Source: Blepharisma stoltei ATCC 30299 (taxonomy: Eukaryota; Protista; Ciliophora). From it: a DNA stretch of 64,000 nucleotides. Numbering within the stretch: the stretch's first letter is position 1; each line of letters opens with the position of its first letter. Under the pieces are notes generated by a model. That model was not told the DNA's origin. It did no database searches and saw nothing but the letters and a program-made list of their open reading frames with translations. This document shows positions 10,654 through 22,597 of this stretch, in pieces. The stretch is taken from assembly GCA_965603825.1 (NCBI GenBank), contig CBFDEM010000011.1, forward strand, positions 744,001 to 808,000. Direction: 5' to 3'. The translations under genes and the position numbers were made by a program.

Positions 10654-10869
10654 CTTCTCAGTATAAAAAATTATATTATTAAAAAATATTGTTTTGAAAT
10701 TTAGATATGATAAGGATACTTAATAAGCTTAACAGCTCATTTTTAGAATTTCTTGTCTTCAGCCTTGCAAAATAGGATAAGAACTGCGATAAAGAGAACT
10801 AAGAGATATCAAAAATAGATATTTTAAATTATAATAATGATATAATGCTTATTTGAATTATAATTAGCA

Positions 10870-11952
10870 TTAGCTTGCTTTCACCTTAAAAACTGGTATA
10901 TTTAAATATTCACTAATTTGATATACAACATTCCATACAAAAAAACTATATCTTCAAACAATGCATACTAAAAAGGCAACAACTGCAACAAAAACCGATT
11001 GCTTGTCCAAGATAAGCACTGCAGCTGCAAATATAAACTCTATAACTAATTCAGCTTGAAACCATTCGAATGTCATTTTGGACACGCTTGAAATAATTAG
11101 CTTTATGCATAATTCAGAAAATATCAGCCCATGCATGATCATTATTATTGGAGCATAATTCGCCATCATGCTTTTCGATGCTATAAGAACCATATTCATA
11201 TCCATAATAAACACAGGTATCAATGATTTAATGGTTTCTCTTTTCTTTTGAGAGTTCTTAAATACATTGAACAAAACAAAAATATTTGCTAAATTTGCAA
11301 TGCCCATATTAATATGAAGGACAATTTCAGCAACGGTAATACCGCCAATTATATTTGCCTGCCATATGCCAGGCCCAAAAATTGCTGTAATAACTAGCAC
11401 CATTATGGACATATATTGGGCTTCAGTGACGCCCCAATTCATAAATTGTGTTCTGCAGCAATGGGTATGGTATTCTTCTCACGTTATCAAAAAAAAGCTT
11501 GTTTGGGCCCCTATATACATATATATTGTATGCTTATTAAGACCTAGCGACATCCCTTGCAGTAAAGTAAGAGCAATAAACGAGGTTGTCAATGAGTCAC
11601 AGCCATGATCCAGTAGCATTCCTAGAGGAGATGATTGGTTAATTCTTCGTGATTGCTTCCCATCAATTGCGTCAAAAGTTTGATACATAAATATCATAAA
11701 TGCTGAGATAAATAGAATTATTGGAGGGATGGGCTCTTCAAATGTTGTGCCAAATGGTAGCATTAGAATGTACGATAAAATAATGCATATAAAGCCAAGC
11801 AATGTAATGAGATTTGGAGCAATTGATCTTGGCAAGAGTTCAGCAAACCAGCTCCAAAATGGATTAAGTTTATTATCTAGTCACGAGCTTCCTGAGGTGT
11901 TATATTTAGATTCTGTAAGATATTTTAAATTTTCTTGCTTGATAAATGCCAT
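10870..11952 (-). CDS. Choline/ethanolamine phosphotransferase (CDP-alcohol phosphatidyltransferase)
   Basis: APNLITLLG and DAIDGKQSRR...SSPLGMLLDHGCD signature. Single frame once TGA codons are read as Trp (e.g. FLIT[W]EEYHT). Confidence 0.9.
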
Positions 11953-12626
11953 TTATGATCAGATAAATTGGTATGAAAATAGAATATGGCAAAAAGGTTT
12001 ATCAGCCACATGTCAAGTTGGAGAACCAATCAGCATCATTTAATCAAACTAATATTAATTGAAGAAAAAATAGCTGCGAGAGAATGATTCTATTTAAGAA
12101 CTAATATTTTATCTATAAGCAGCTTATAATTAATATATATTAATATGATTAAGATATTTTAATTGCCTTCATAATTCACTATACTGAAAATAAGCAATTT
12201 AACTCATTATTTGTTTTTAGAAATTTAATCTCTATTCAAATTATCATAATCTGCATCTTGGTCTCCAAAAATATATTAAATTAAACGTGATTTATATGAA
12301 ATAACTTCATGCAGCGCTTGCTTATTTTTAAGCATGTAACGATATGCATTACCACTATTTTTGGCATTAATTTTATTTATTCATACTTGATCATATATCC
12401 TTTATTATCCAAATATTTATCTTTAGCACGCAAGCAGATTTATTAGTAATCTGCATTACATATCAAGTATATTTTATCAATTTTAATTTATCGAAAATAT
12501 ATCATATACTAAATATTAACACATTAATCAAAATAATAATTATTCAGTTAAAACTACTGGAAAACTTTTCACTGAAAATTCTTTAGAAACTTTATAAGCT
12601 ATCAGATAAATGGTGATAATTATAAA

Positions 12627-15053
12627 ATGGGTCTTCTGCGATCAGAGAAGATGGGTTATTACAACCTCATCATGCAAGCAGACATGGGTTGGAGAATCCT
12701 CAATCAGCTCGGAAAACTTTCAGTCCTCCAATTCGTTGACTTAAATGCTGACCAAACAGTCTTCAATCGTCGCTATGCATCATATATCCGTAGGTGTGAA
12801 GAAGCTGAAAGGAGAATTCGCTTCCTGATGCAAGAGCAAGAAAGATTCAAAATCCAGATCACTCCAGCCAAAGACATCAAGCTAGTATTAGACCAAATTG
12901 ACGAAGAACTTGACTCATCAAATACACCAGCACAAACTTACTTTGAAACATTGGAGGCTGACTTAGAGTCCTATGAAAAAAACTTAGGGATTCAGCTTAA
13001 AAACTACGAAGATTTCCAGACCAGCTGCAATGGTCTTATTGAAAAAAGACTGGTCTTGAAGCATGCAAAAGAAACTTTTGGAGAAGGAGGAATGGGATTT
13101 TCAATGTTCAAAAGACTTGCAGGGATTATTGATAAAGAAGATATGGTGAGATTTAAGAGAATGGTTTTTAGGGTCACCAGAGGAAATGCGTTGACTATTT
13201 TTCATGACATTGAAGAACCATTGAAAGATCCAAAAACTGATGAGCCGCTTGAAAAATCAGTGTTCTTCATTCTTTATCAAGGAGATGAGCAATCAATCAT
13301 CAGCAATAAGCTTGCAAGGATCTGCGATACAATTGGCATAAGACGTTATGACGTCCCAAGTGACCAAGAACAGCTTGCCACAGATTTCAGACAAAATGAA
13401 GACGAAATCAACACAAACAACGAAGTCGCACAGAGAACTAAAGAAAACATTATGGGACTCCTTCAGAAATTAGCCTCAACCAAGCACTCTGAAAACCCAT
13501 GCTCACTTATTGAAGAACAAAGACTGTTTATCATCAAAGAAAAAGCAATTTACCACAACCTCAACATGTTTACCATCCAGAACAACATTTTCTATGGAAA
13601 TTGTTGGTGTCCAAAGTCCCAAGAACAAAGTGTGATTGGCATATTAAACGAATTTGCAAGACAGCCAGGGTTCGCAAGTGGCCAACTTAGAGAAGTTGAA
13701 GGAGGCTTCCCAGAAGACCAAATCCCTCCTACCTACTTCAAGCTTAACGATTTTACAATTCCATTCCAAGAAATCGTTGATACTTATGGTGTTCCTGTCT
13801 ATCAAGAAGCTAATCCAGCTCTCTTTACTTGTGTCACGTTCCCATTCCTCTTTGGAATTATGTTCGGCGATGTGGGTCACGGCTCTCTTTTGACTTTATT
13901 CGCTCTTTACCTTATTTTCCAAAGACGCCAGATTGAAAGCTCAGGAAGCATGTTTAAAGCAGCAGTCCCAATCAGATACTTATTACTTATGATGGGGCTT
14001 TGTGCTATCTACTGTGGACTGATTTATAATGACTTCTTAGGGATTCCATTTGATTTCTTCGGAACAAGATGGTCGAAGAAAGATGGAGACGAACAATATA
14101 CCAAGGACTCAGTTTACCCATTCGGTATGGACCCTGTCTGGTACAGAGCTGACAACGAGCTTGTGTTCTTCAACAGCTTCAAAATGAAAATTTCAGTCGT
14201 TTTCGGCGTCACACAGATGATTTGTGGAAACTTCTTCAAAGGAGTAAACTCAATTCACTTCAAAAACCCTATAAACTTTATTTTCGAGTTTATTCCTCAG
14301 CTTCTCTTCATGGTCTGTTTCTTCGGCTACATGATTTTAATGGTTTTCATCAAATGGTGCACTGAATGGCACTACAACTGGAATGATAACGCACCTAACC
14401 TTATCACGATTTTGATGAATATGGCTTTAAAGATGGGGTCTTTAGGCGACTCAAAGCCTCTTTATGGAGATGATGGAGCTCAAGAAAGCATCCAGCTTAT
14501 TCTTTTACTGATAGCTGTCATATGTGTTCCTATTATGCTCATCCCTAAGCCTTTCATTCTTAAATGGCAGCATGAAAAAGCAGCTCAAGCAGGACATGGA
14601 GGAGCTCAGCAAGTCGGATACCAGCATTTTGAAGACGAAGAAGGGTCACAAGCTCCTAAACCTGGCACAGGACACAAGGAATTTGACTTCGGCGAAGAAT
14701 TTATCCATCAGATGATCGAAACTATTGAGTACGTATTAGGAGCTGTCAGTAACACTGCTTCGTATCTCAGATTGTGGGCTCTGTCCCTTGCACATGGACA
14801 ACTTTCTAAGGTCTTCTTTGATAAATGTTTGGCAGGGACAATTGAGACATCAAACCCTGTCTTGGTTGTTGTAGGGTTCTTTGTGTTTGCGAATGTGACT
14901 GTAGGAGTGCTGATGTGTATGGATGCTATGGAATGTTTCTTGCATGCACTGAGACTTCATTGGGTCGAATTCCAAAGCAAGTTCTATAAAGGAGAAGGGA
15001 TTAAGTTTGCACCATTCTCATTCTTGAAGGTGATCAATGATACTAAGAAATAA
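12627..15053 (+). CDS. V-type H+-ATPase V0 subunit a
   Basis: MGLLRSEKM start, PPTYF, FPFLFGIMFGDVGHG, SNTASYLRLWALSLAH, LHALRLHWVEFQSKFY. Confidence 0.97.
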   Translation: MGLLRSEKMGYYNLIMQADMGWRILNQLGKLSVLQFVDLNADQTVFNRRYASYIRRCEEAERRIRFLMQEQERFKIQITPAKDIKLVLDQIDEELDSSNTPAQTYFETLEADLESYEKNLGIQLKNYEDFQTSCNGLIEKRLVLKHAKETFGEGGMGFSMFKRLAGIIDKEDMVRFKRMVFRVTRGNALTIFHDIEEPLKDPKTDEPLEKSVFFILYQGDEQSIISNKLARICDTIGIRRYDVPSDQEQLATDFRQNEDEINTNNEVAQRTKENIMGLLQKLASTKHSENPCSLIEEQRLFIIKEKAIYHNLNMFTIQNNIFYGNCWCPKSQEQSVIGILNEFARQPGFASGQLREVEGGFPEDQIPPTYFKLNDFTIPFQEIVDTYGVPVYQEANPALFTCVTFPFLFGIMFGDVGHGSLLTLFALYLIFQRRQIESSGSMFKAAVPIRYLLLMMGLCAIYCGLIYNDFLGIPFDFFGTRWSKKDGDEQYTKDSVYPFGMDPVWYRADNELVFFNSFKMKISVVFGVTQMICGNFFKGVNSIHFKNPINFIFEFIPQLLFMVCFFGYMILMVFIKWCTEWHYNWNDNAPNLITILMNMALKMGSLGDSKPLYGDDGAQESIQLILLLIAVICVPIMLIPKPFILKWQHEKAAQAGHGGAQQVGYQHFEDEEGSQAPKPGTGHKEFDFGEEFIHQMIETIEYVLGAVSNTASYLRLWALSLAHGQLSKVFFDKCLAGTIETSNPVLVVVGFFVFANVTVGVLMCMDAMECFLHALRLHWVEFQSKFYKGEGIKFAPFSFLKVINDTKK

Positions 15054-15327
15054 ATAATAGATCGATCAACAATAATTTCTAGTTTCTCCTGTAAATAAAT
15101 ATAAATCAATTTAGGTGAATATCAAGATTTCCTTTCAAATTTGCCATATAGCTTAGATGTTTTTATGGATTATTATAATATTTTTAAACTAAGTTGGATT
15201 TTTCATTTTTCTCGATTGATTTAATTGAATTTTAATTAGACCTGAATTCTGCATAAATTAAGCACTTGCTATCTTAAGTCAAATCTTAATGAACTCTTAG
15301 CGCCATATTGAAATTTAACTGTCATTT

Positions 15328-17514
15328 ATGTCTCAAGAATCCGTAAAAGTTGTTATTCGAGTTCGCCCTTTGAACTCATCCGAAATTTCCAGAAAAAACT
15401 CAAATATAATTGAAGTCGACAAAGAACTTAACCAGTTAAGTATCCTTGATCCAAAATTAATATCAAAGCCGTTTGCCTTCGATGCTATTTATGACGAAAC
15501 TTACACTCAGCAGCAAATTTATGACGAAACTGCTTTTCCATTAGTGGAAAGTGTATTAAAAGGCTACAATGGCACAATTTTTGCATATGGCCAAACCGGT
15601 TGTGGAAAAACATTCACAATGGTTGGCGTTCCAGGAAATGAACAACTACAAGGGATCATTCCAAATTCTTTTTCCCACATATTTGGATGCATAGCAGAGT
15701 CCGGCTCTTCAAAATGCTTTCTTGTACGGTGCTCATATACAGAAATTTATAATGAAGAAATAAGAGACCTAATAAGCAACGACACAAATTTGAAGCTTGA
15801 GCTGAAAGAGTCAGCAGACAAAGGAATTTATGTCAAAAACTTGTCAATGCATCCAGTGAAGTCTGTTCAAGATATAGAGAAACTTATGGAATATGGGAAT
15901 AAGCACAGGATTACAAAAGAGACAAACATGAATGAGAGATCTTCAAGGTCTCATGCCATTTTTACTATTAATGTAGAAACCTCAGAAGAAGTAGATGGAA
16001 GAACACTGGTAAAAGCGGGAAAGCTAAATTTGGTGGATCTTGCAGGATCTGAGAGACAGAAAAAGACAGGAGCAGAGGGAGAAAGGCTTAAAGAAGGGAT
16101 AAAAATCAACTTATCTCTGCATGCATTAGGAAATGTGATTACCTCATTGGTGGATGGAAGCTCACATATTCCTTATAGAGACAGCAAGCTAACTATGCTG
16201 CTTCAGGATTCTTTAGGAGGGAATACAAAAACTGTTATGATTGCTGTCATTTCGCCTGCTGACTATAATTATGAAGAATCATTGAGCACTTTGAGATATG
16301 CTAGTAGAGCAAAATTTATAAAAAATAAACCCAAGGTAAATGAAGACCCAAAAGATGCGTTGCTGAGGTCTTATGCAGAAGAAATACAAAGGCTTAAAAA
16401 GCTATTGATGGAGCACCAGAGTGGGGAGCCAGTTGAAAAAATTATTGAAATCGAAAAGCCAGCTAAAACTAAAGAGTTGGCTCTTATTAGCACTGAAAAT
16501 GGTGCTGAAGGGCAATATGATCAGCCAGCTCGAAAATATTCAAGTGAACCATCAGGGCAATCTGAAGAAAGTGATGGAGAAAGATCTAATACAAATGAAA
16601 AAGATTCAGATTTGGATAAAACTTGTAATGAACAAAACCCAGAAGAAATTATTTCTGATCTTCAAAAGCAGTTAATTATTGGTGGAGAAGCAATAAATAA
16701 ATCAGAGCAGGAAAAGTTAAGAGCTATAAGACAGTATCGACTAAAACTAAAAAAGCAAAAGAAAAAAGAAAAGCAGCTAATTGAAGAACACAGAAAAATT
16801 GAAGAAGAAATGGTTTTAAAAGAAAAAAATTATCGATCAATGCAAGAAGAGCTTGAAGACCTGAGAAAAGTCGTGAAAAGGTTAAGAAGCATCTATGCAG
16901 CTTCATTATCAGAAATTTCTGATTTAACTCATGAGCATGAAACTGAAAAGCAAGAATTTTTAGAAGAAATTAGAGAAAAGGAAAAAGAAAACGAACTCTT
17001 ACATAAAATTTTTGAAAATCTGATGCCAGCAAAAGAGCTGAGAACAATAAAAAGTAAATCAACTTATGATGAAATAAATCATAAATGAAAAGTCCCTTCC
17101 TTTATTTTGCAGCAGAAGCAGCTGCTTTTCCCAAAACTGCCTCAAGCACAATTAAGAGAGCTTGTAGAAGAAAAATATATAGCATTTGATAATGATACTA
17201 AAAATCACTTAAGAAATGAATCAGCTGACCATGCCAAAAGACATACCAGCGTAAAAGATTCAAGAAACTTAAAACACAACCTCAAGATCCAAGATGAAGA
17301 CACAAAAAACTCTAAAAATTTCAGTACAATGCCTCTTATACCAATAGAAATGAAGCAATTAAGCAGCAGACTCCCAAGTATCGGAGATCCAAAAGAAGAG
17401 CCAAATCTTTTAAGAAAAAATAAATTCACCAAACAGCTTCTACAGCCAATTCAGAACCATGCAAGAAAACTTGCAGAATTAGAGCTCAAAAAGAGTGCTA
17501 TTGGTATCATTTAA
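15328..17514 (+). CDS. Kinesin-2 (KIF3/KIF17-like) motor
   Basis: GQTGCGKT P-loop, [28 protein letters not shown] kinesin-2 neck, coiled coil. In frame through TGA 17086-17088. Confidence 0.9.
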
Positions 17515-17649
17515 TTTAAACTTGTATTAATTTCCTATAATAAAATCTTAATTCTGATAAAAAATTTCACAACCTTAAAATGAGATTTTAAGCTCGATGT
17601 GGTCTTCAAGACAGAATAAATAATTTAATCATGCATATCAAATATTAAT

Positions 17650-18402
17650 ATGAAGAAGGAAAAGCTAAGATTAAGCCCGCTTACTCTGACAAAAAGCTCT
17701 TCAACAAACATAGACTCTTTGACCCTTTTATCCTCAAAAAATATAAGCAGCTTACCAGCTCTTCCCAGCAACTCATACAAAAAGAAAATTATTGACAAAA
17801 AATACAAAGGCGCATTGTCGTTTTATATTAAAAAAGAAGAAAACTATTCCTTATTGAAAACGAAATACAAAAGGCTGCATCATCCGAGTTCACCAAATTG
17901 TTCAAGTCCTATAAATCCCTTCAAGAAAATCCCGAAAGGGCTGAATTTATCTCCTATAGGCGGTGATTTTTATGCTAAGCACCGTAGAATTGATGAGGAT
18001 TTGATTAAAGACTTGTCGAAATGCTCATTAACTCCTAGTGAAAGGAAAAGCTTTCCTTCTTTAAAAGAAGGCTTAGAATTGTATGATAAGATTTTTTCAC
18101 TTGAAAGACCATCGAAAACATTAGAATTGAGACTGTCATTATCGCCTTCCACAAGCCCAACACTCAAAACTCCGTTCATCAATTTCGCTAATTCTGATAA
18201 ATATTTTACAACTATATCACCAAATAATTACACGATTAAAAGATTATATAAGGAAATAAAAATTCCTATTATGAATACTCCTAGAACCCCTTTGGCAAAG
18301 CTCAAAAGATACTCTTTTACAATTTTATCAGAGTGCTGAATCCAAGATGAAAAGTCTGATATTGAAAAAATACTTGAAACATTGAAAATAAATACAAATT
18401 AA
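17650..18402 (+). CDS. Hypothetical basic Ser/Pro-rich protein
   Basis: 229-aa ORF extended through TGA 18337-18339 to TAA 18400-18402. Confidence 0.6.
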
Positions 18403-18519
18403 TTTATTCACATCAGTTCTGTAGCAAGGCTAATTTAATTTAACTTAAGTTAATTGCTAGGAAAATTTAAGCATCAAAAATGGTTATTTATGCATATTGA
18501 ATTACATTGTGTCATTTGA

Positions 18520-19839
18520 TTATCGCAAGTCCAGATAAGATGGGAACATTGAGTTCTGTAAGCCGGATTCTGCAGTTTCTTTGCTGCTCGGGAACAAATT
18601 CCAAAACCTCAGAGTTTCATCGCCTGCACCCGTCACAATGGTCTGCCCATCTGGAGACATACATAAATATAAGACTCTGTAAGTATGTCCAGTAAGTGTA
18701 GCAACTTTTTGAAATCCTGGATATTGCCAAAGCACAATTTGGTTTTGTGAGTATCCATGAGTCGATACAAGCTCATTGCTGTTCTTCGAAAACATTAGGT
18801 TGCACACCTGTGAGCCTGTGTCGACATGATGCAATTCTTCATTAGTAAGTGTGTTCCAAAATCTGATTGTCCTATCAGCTGTTCCTCCTCCAGATGCCAA
18901 AAGTCCATGCTGGTGAGGGGACCAAGCAATTGCTTTTACAGCTGCCACATGCTGTTGGAATTTGATAATAGGCGACGGAGACTGCAAATTCCAAAGGATT
19001 AGTTTGTTGTCATTTCCTCCTGAACCTAGCTGTTGCTCATCAAATGACCATTTAAGTCCGCACACCTCTTGTTTATGCCCTATAAGTCTGCCAATATATT
19101 CTTCAGGAGACCTTACATCTCTATGAAGAATCTGCCTGTCCCTTGACCCTGTGGATAAGACTTTACTACTCCAAGCCATCGAGCCGACTCTTCCTGAGTG
19201 CCCAGAAAAAGTCCTAATAAGTTTTGTCCTATTTACGTCCCAAAGTAGCGAATTTCCTTGATTTGTACCTACAGTGATATAGTCTCCGTTTGGAGACCAA
19301 CAAACACTAGTAACAGAATCGCTAAGCCCTAAGTCGCATAACTTCGTCACTTTTGAAGTTGAGGCATTTCATAGGTAGACGCATGGCCCTAATCCCACAC
19401 TTAAAGTATTGTGCGATGACCAGTCTAGGAGGTTCAAGTAGAAGTCATCTTGGAGGGAAGGGGCGTCTAAGACTTTATAAGGAGACTTAGGGATACTTCT
19501 TTGAGATTTTAATGGGGAGTAAAGTTCTTCGCCTGAAAACCCTAGCTGAATATTTTCTTTCAAGTGTGTCTCTTGGGAGTATTTAAAAATACTGTTAGAA
19601 TTTAGAATGCTTTTGCTGTTCTGTAAGAGCTGGGTCTTTAGAAGTGCTGAATATCCAGCTTGCTGGTCCTCCGACACATTTCCGACGAAGCTTGGACTTT
19701 TGTCTTCTTTGACCATGTCGAAGCTTGTGAGGAGGTTGATAGACGAACGATTTGGTAAAAATCTGTCTGCACATTTTAAGCTGGATTGGCATGATAATTT
19801 CGGTGTGCATAGAGGCTTCATTGATAAATTAGGCTGCAT
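18520..19839 (-). CDS. FZR1: APC/C activator CDH1/Fizzy-related (CDC20 family WD40)
   Basis: C-box DRFLPNR, PYKVLDAPSLQDDFYLNLLDW, VYL[W]NA through TGA 19369, LASGGGTADR, C-terminal LR tail. Confidence 0.9.
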
Positions 19840-20005
19840 TGATTTTTTTTAATGTATAACGTTAAAATTATTGTTGAAAAATGCAAAAAATAAGTTAGCA
19901 TTCATAGGTATAAAAAATAAATTCACGATAGCAAAGCTAATAAAAAATACTTTAAACTATTAAAATTGAAAAAAAAATTATTTAAGGCTCTTTAATAAGG
20001 TTTAA

Positions 20006-20779
20006 TTACTTATTAGGTATATTAGGTATTATACGCAATAAGAAAAAGCCTGCCAAAAATGATATCAAAATCATTGCTAAAAAATTAAAAGGATTGCTCG
20101 ACTCTACTTCTATTTTAGGGATAACTGGCCGATATTGAAGATCTTTTATCATTCTATCCAGAGAAGATCTGTTGTCATTTCTTTTTTTCCCTCTTTGACT
20201 GATAGAAGGCACAGGCTTAAAATTTTGGCTTTTATCAGGAGTGAATTCAACTTCATGTCTTATGTCTCTTGGTTTTTCTTCAGCTGGAACTTTCCTTTGT
20301 TTTTCTATTTCATTAGTTTTGACCCAAGTAATCAATTTAGCTCTTAACGCAAAATTATTTAGAGCGATATTGTGGAGCTTATTGTTTTTCTCTTCGATTT
20401 CTTTTTTAAGGGTTAGATTTTCCTTTTCAAGTTCGTATTTGTTTTCTCTGCTTCCGAAATCACTTGCTAAAGGTCTTGGTTGATTTTTTAATTGTGTTTC
20501 TAAAACCTGAATTTCTCTTTCAAGCCCTGCAACTTGCCTTTCCAGCTCTGTCTTTTCGTTTTCAAGCTTATTATTTTTCTTCAATAAATCGTTATTTTCT
20601 TTTTTATAATCTAAGATTTCGTTTCTGAGATTCGCGATGGTGCTGTTGACAGATTTGCTTTGCTCGAACCACTCATCAGATTCTTGGCGAGTGGTTGGTT
20701 CATTTTCTTTAATTGGTCTAGGAAGTCATGGATCAGGTGCTTCAATTATTGGAGGGAATTTTGGGGATGTTCGTGCCAT
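20006..20779 (-). CDS. Coiled-coil protein with C-terminal transmembrane anchor
   Basis: ATG at 20779, one TGA-Trp, heptad-rich region, hydrophobic FLAMILISFLAGFFLL near the C-terminus. Confidence 0.65.
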
Positions 20780-20800
20780 TAATATTATTTCAATTATAAA

Positions 20801-21349
20801 CTAACTAAGAGACTGAATAGAATGCTGCTTCTTCAAATGTTGGGATAGCACATATTTGTTGTACAGCTGCTTGCCACAAACTTGGCATTTAACTCTAGTT
20901 GCCTTAGCATGAACCTGATTTATATGAAAATTGACGGCATACTTGTGCTTAAAACTTTTCCCACACACTTCACAAATTTCTTTATTTTTACCATCCGAAT
21001 GTCTTTTTCCTAGATGCTGGTTAAGTCCTTTGGTACCTTTGCATATTTTCAAGCACTTATAGCATTCTATAGGTTCAAAACTGGAATTATCCTCACATTC
21101 AGGCGAACTTGTCTGAATGTCACTGTCATCACTATACTGGTCTATTCCCATTTCAAAATTCAAGAAGCCAATCAGCTCTTTATCTAGGTCGAATTCAACG
21201 ATTATATGATCTCTCATTTCAGATAATGAGAAAAATGTTTTACTGCAGGTTGCGCATTTGAAAAGGATTCTGTTGTCATTCTGAATGTGAGTCGTAAAGT
21301 GATTGCTGCAAATCTGGGTGCTTAAACTGATGCTGTTTTGAAGGTCCAT
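20801..21349 (-). CDS. C2H2 zinc-finger protein
   Basis: Four CxxC...H(xxxxH) fingers. Confidence 0.8.
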   Translation of the reverse strand: MDLQNSISLSTQICSNHFTTHIQNDNRILFKCATCSKTFFSLSEMRDHIIVEFDLDKELIGFLNFEMGIDQYSDDSDIQTSSPECEDNSSFEPIECYKCLKICKGTKGLNQHLGKRHSDGKNKEICEVCGKSFKHKYAVNFHINQVHAKATRVKCQVCGKQLYNKYVLSQHLKKQHSIQSLS

Positions 21350-21970
21350 ATTGTGATAAATTGTTATGGCTAAAATTTTAAGATAAATGACGTTGCTTTA
21401 ATTTAGAATTTAATTTTTTTAAATAAATAGAATTTATCGAAAATTGAAAGTTTAGCACAAAATTTTGCTTTTTTTAAAATAATTAAAATACAATATAATA
21501 GCATAAAAAAGAAAACTTCAAATAAGTGAAAACAGCCAGATTGTAGATGAGCCTGGGAAGAAATAAATATCAGTACTAAGGTTGAGTGTAAAAAGTGCAT
21601 TTTAAGGTATATCAGCACAGTATTTTCATGTTGTATAGTCAAGAATAATTCAAGCACTGAAATGCATAGGCCATTTCTTATCAATGTTAATTTGAAATTT
21701 GGAGAATGTTTAAGGGGAAATATTTCACCTCACATCACAGCATAGGGAAAGAGTATTTAAATTTTTATTATATACTGCTATTGAAAGCATTTTAATGACA
21801 ATTTAATTTTTGAAGTTTAATAAGGACTCAAAATAATAAGAATTTGAGTTTTATAAGTTTACTAGAACAAAAATACAAGTTTGTATTATAATATTGATTT
21901 TATGCAATTACAAGATAATCTCAATAATATCAATTCATTTTTATATCTATCAAATTTAAGCAAAAATATT

Positions 21971-22564
21971 CTAATTAGAACATTCAGTTGAACTTGGATT
22001 CCCTTTACTCTGTGTACACTTATTAAGATGCTTCACTAGCGTGTGTTTATGCATCATCGTTGCATTGCAATTTGGACAAATCAGTCCACGCTTCTCATGA
22101 GCAGTCCTATAATGAGTCCTTAAATTAGACCTCGTTGTGTATTTTTTATAACAAAAAGGAGCAGGACATACCCATTCTTCACTCACAACTTTAACTGGCT
22201 TGCTTTCTTTTTCTTCTCACCAAGACTCAATCAAAAATTCCTTTACATCTTGACAGTTGTGTCTTTTAAAAGCATCTTCTCTCTGAAATAAAGCCCCACA
22301 TTTTTCACAAGATAAGGGCTCATGCTTCCTTGAGTTTAAGTGGCGATGCAGGTGTTCTTTTGTGGTAAATTCTTTTTTGCATTCTTCGCAAACATATGGC
22401 TTATGGTCTGTATGAACAGTCATATGACGGTCTAAAGCATATTTAGTGGATAACTTTTGGTCACAGACGCTGCAACTGAATAACTTAATTGAAGAATGTG
22501 TGAGGATGTGCCTATTTAGCTTGCCTTTGTGTATGAAGGCTCTTTGGCAAATAGGACACTCCAT
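21971..22564 (-). CDS. C2H2 zinc-finger protein (~6 fingers)
   Basis: Tandem fingers with an HTDHKPY linker. The two ORFs are in frame across TGA 22217-22219. Confidence 0.85.
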
Positions 22565-22597
22565 TAAGTATTAATCTTTTTAGAAGAAATGCAAGTT

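Noticed and set aside
10870-11952. Selenoprotein (SELENOI-like) reading of UGA in the phosphotransferase
   Set aside because: The UGA codons are at Trp-type positions, UGA=Trp applies window-wide, and no SECIS is evident.
21403-21950. ORF 21403-21684 or a hidden ncRNA between the zinc-finger genes
   Set aside because: AT-rich low-complexity translation, with no convincing structure, USE or terminator arrangement.
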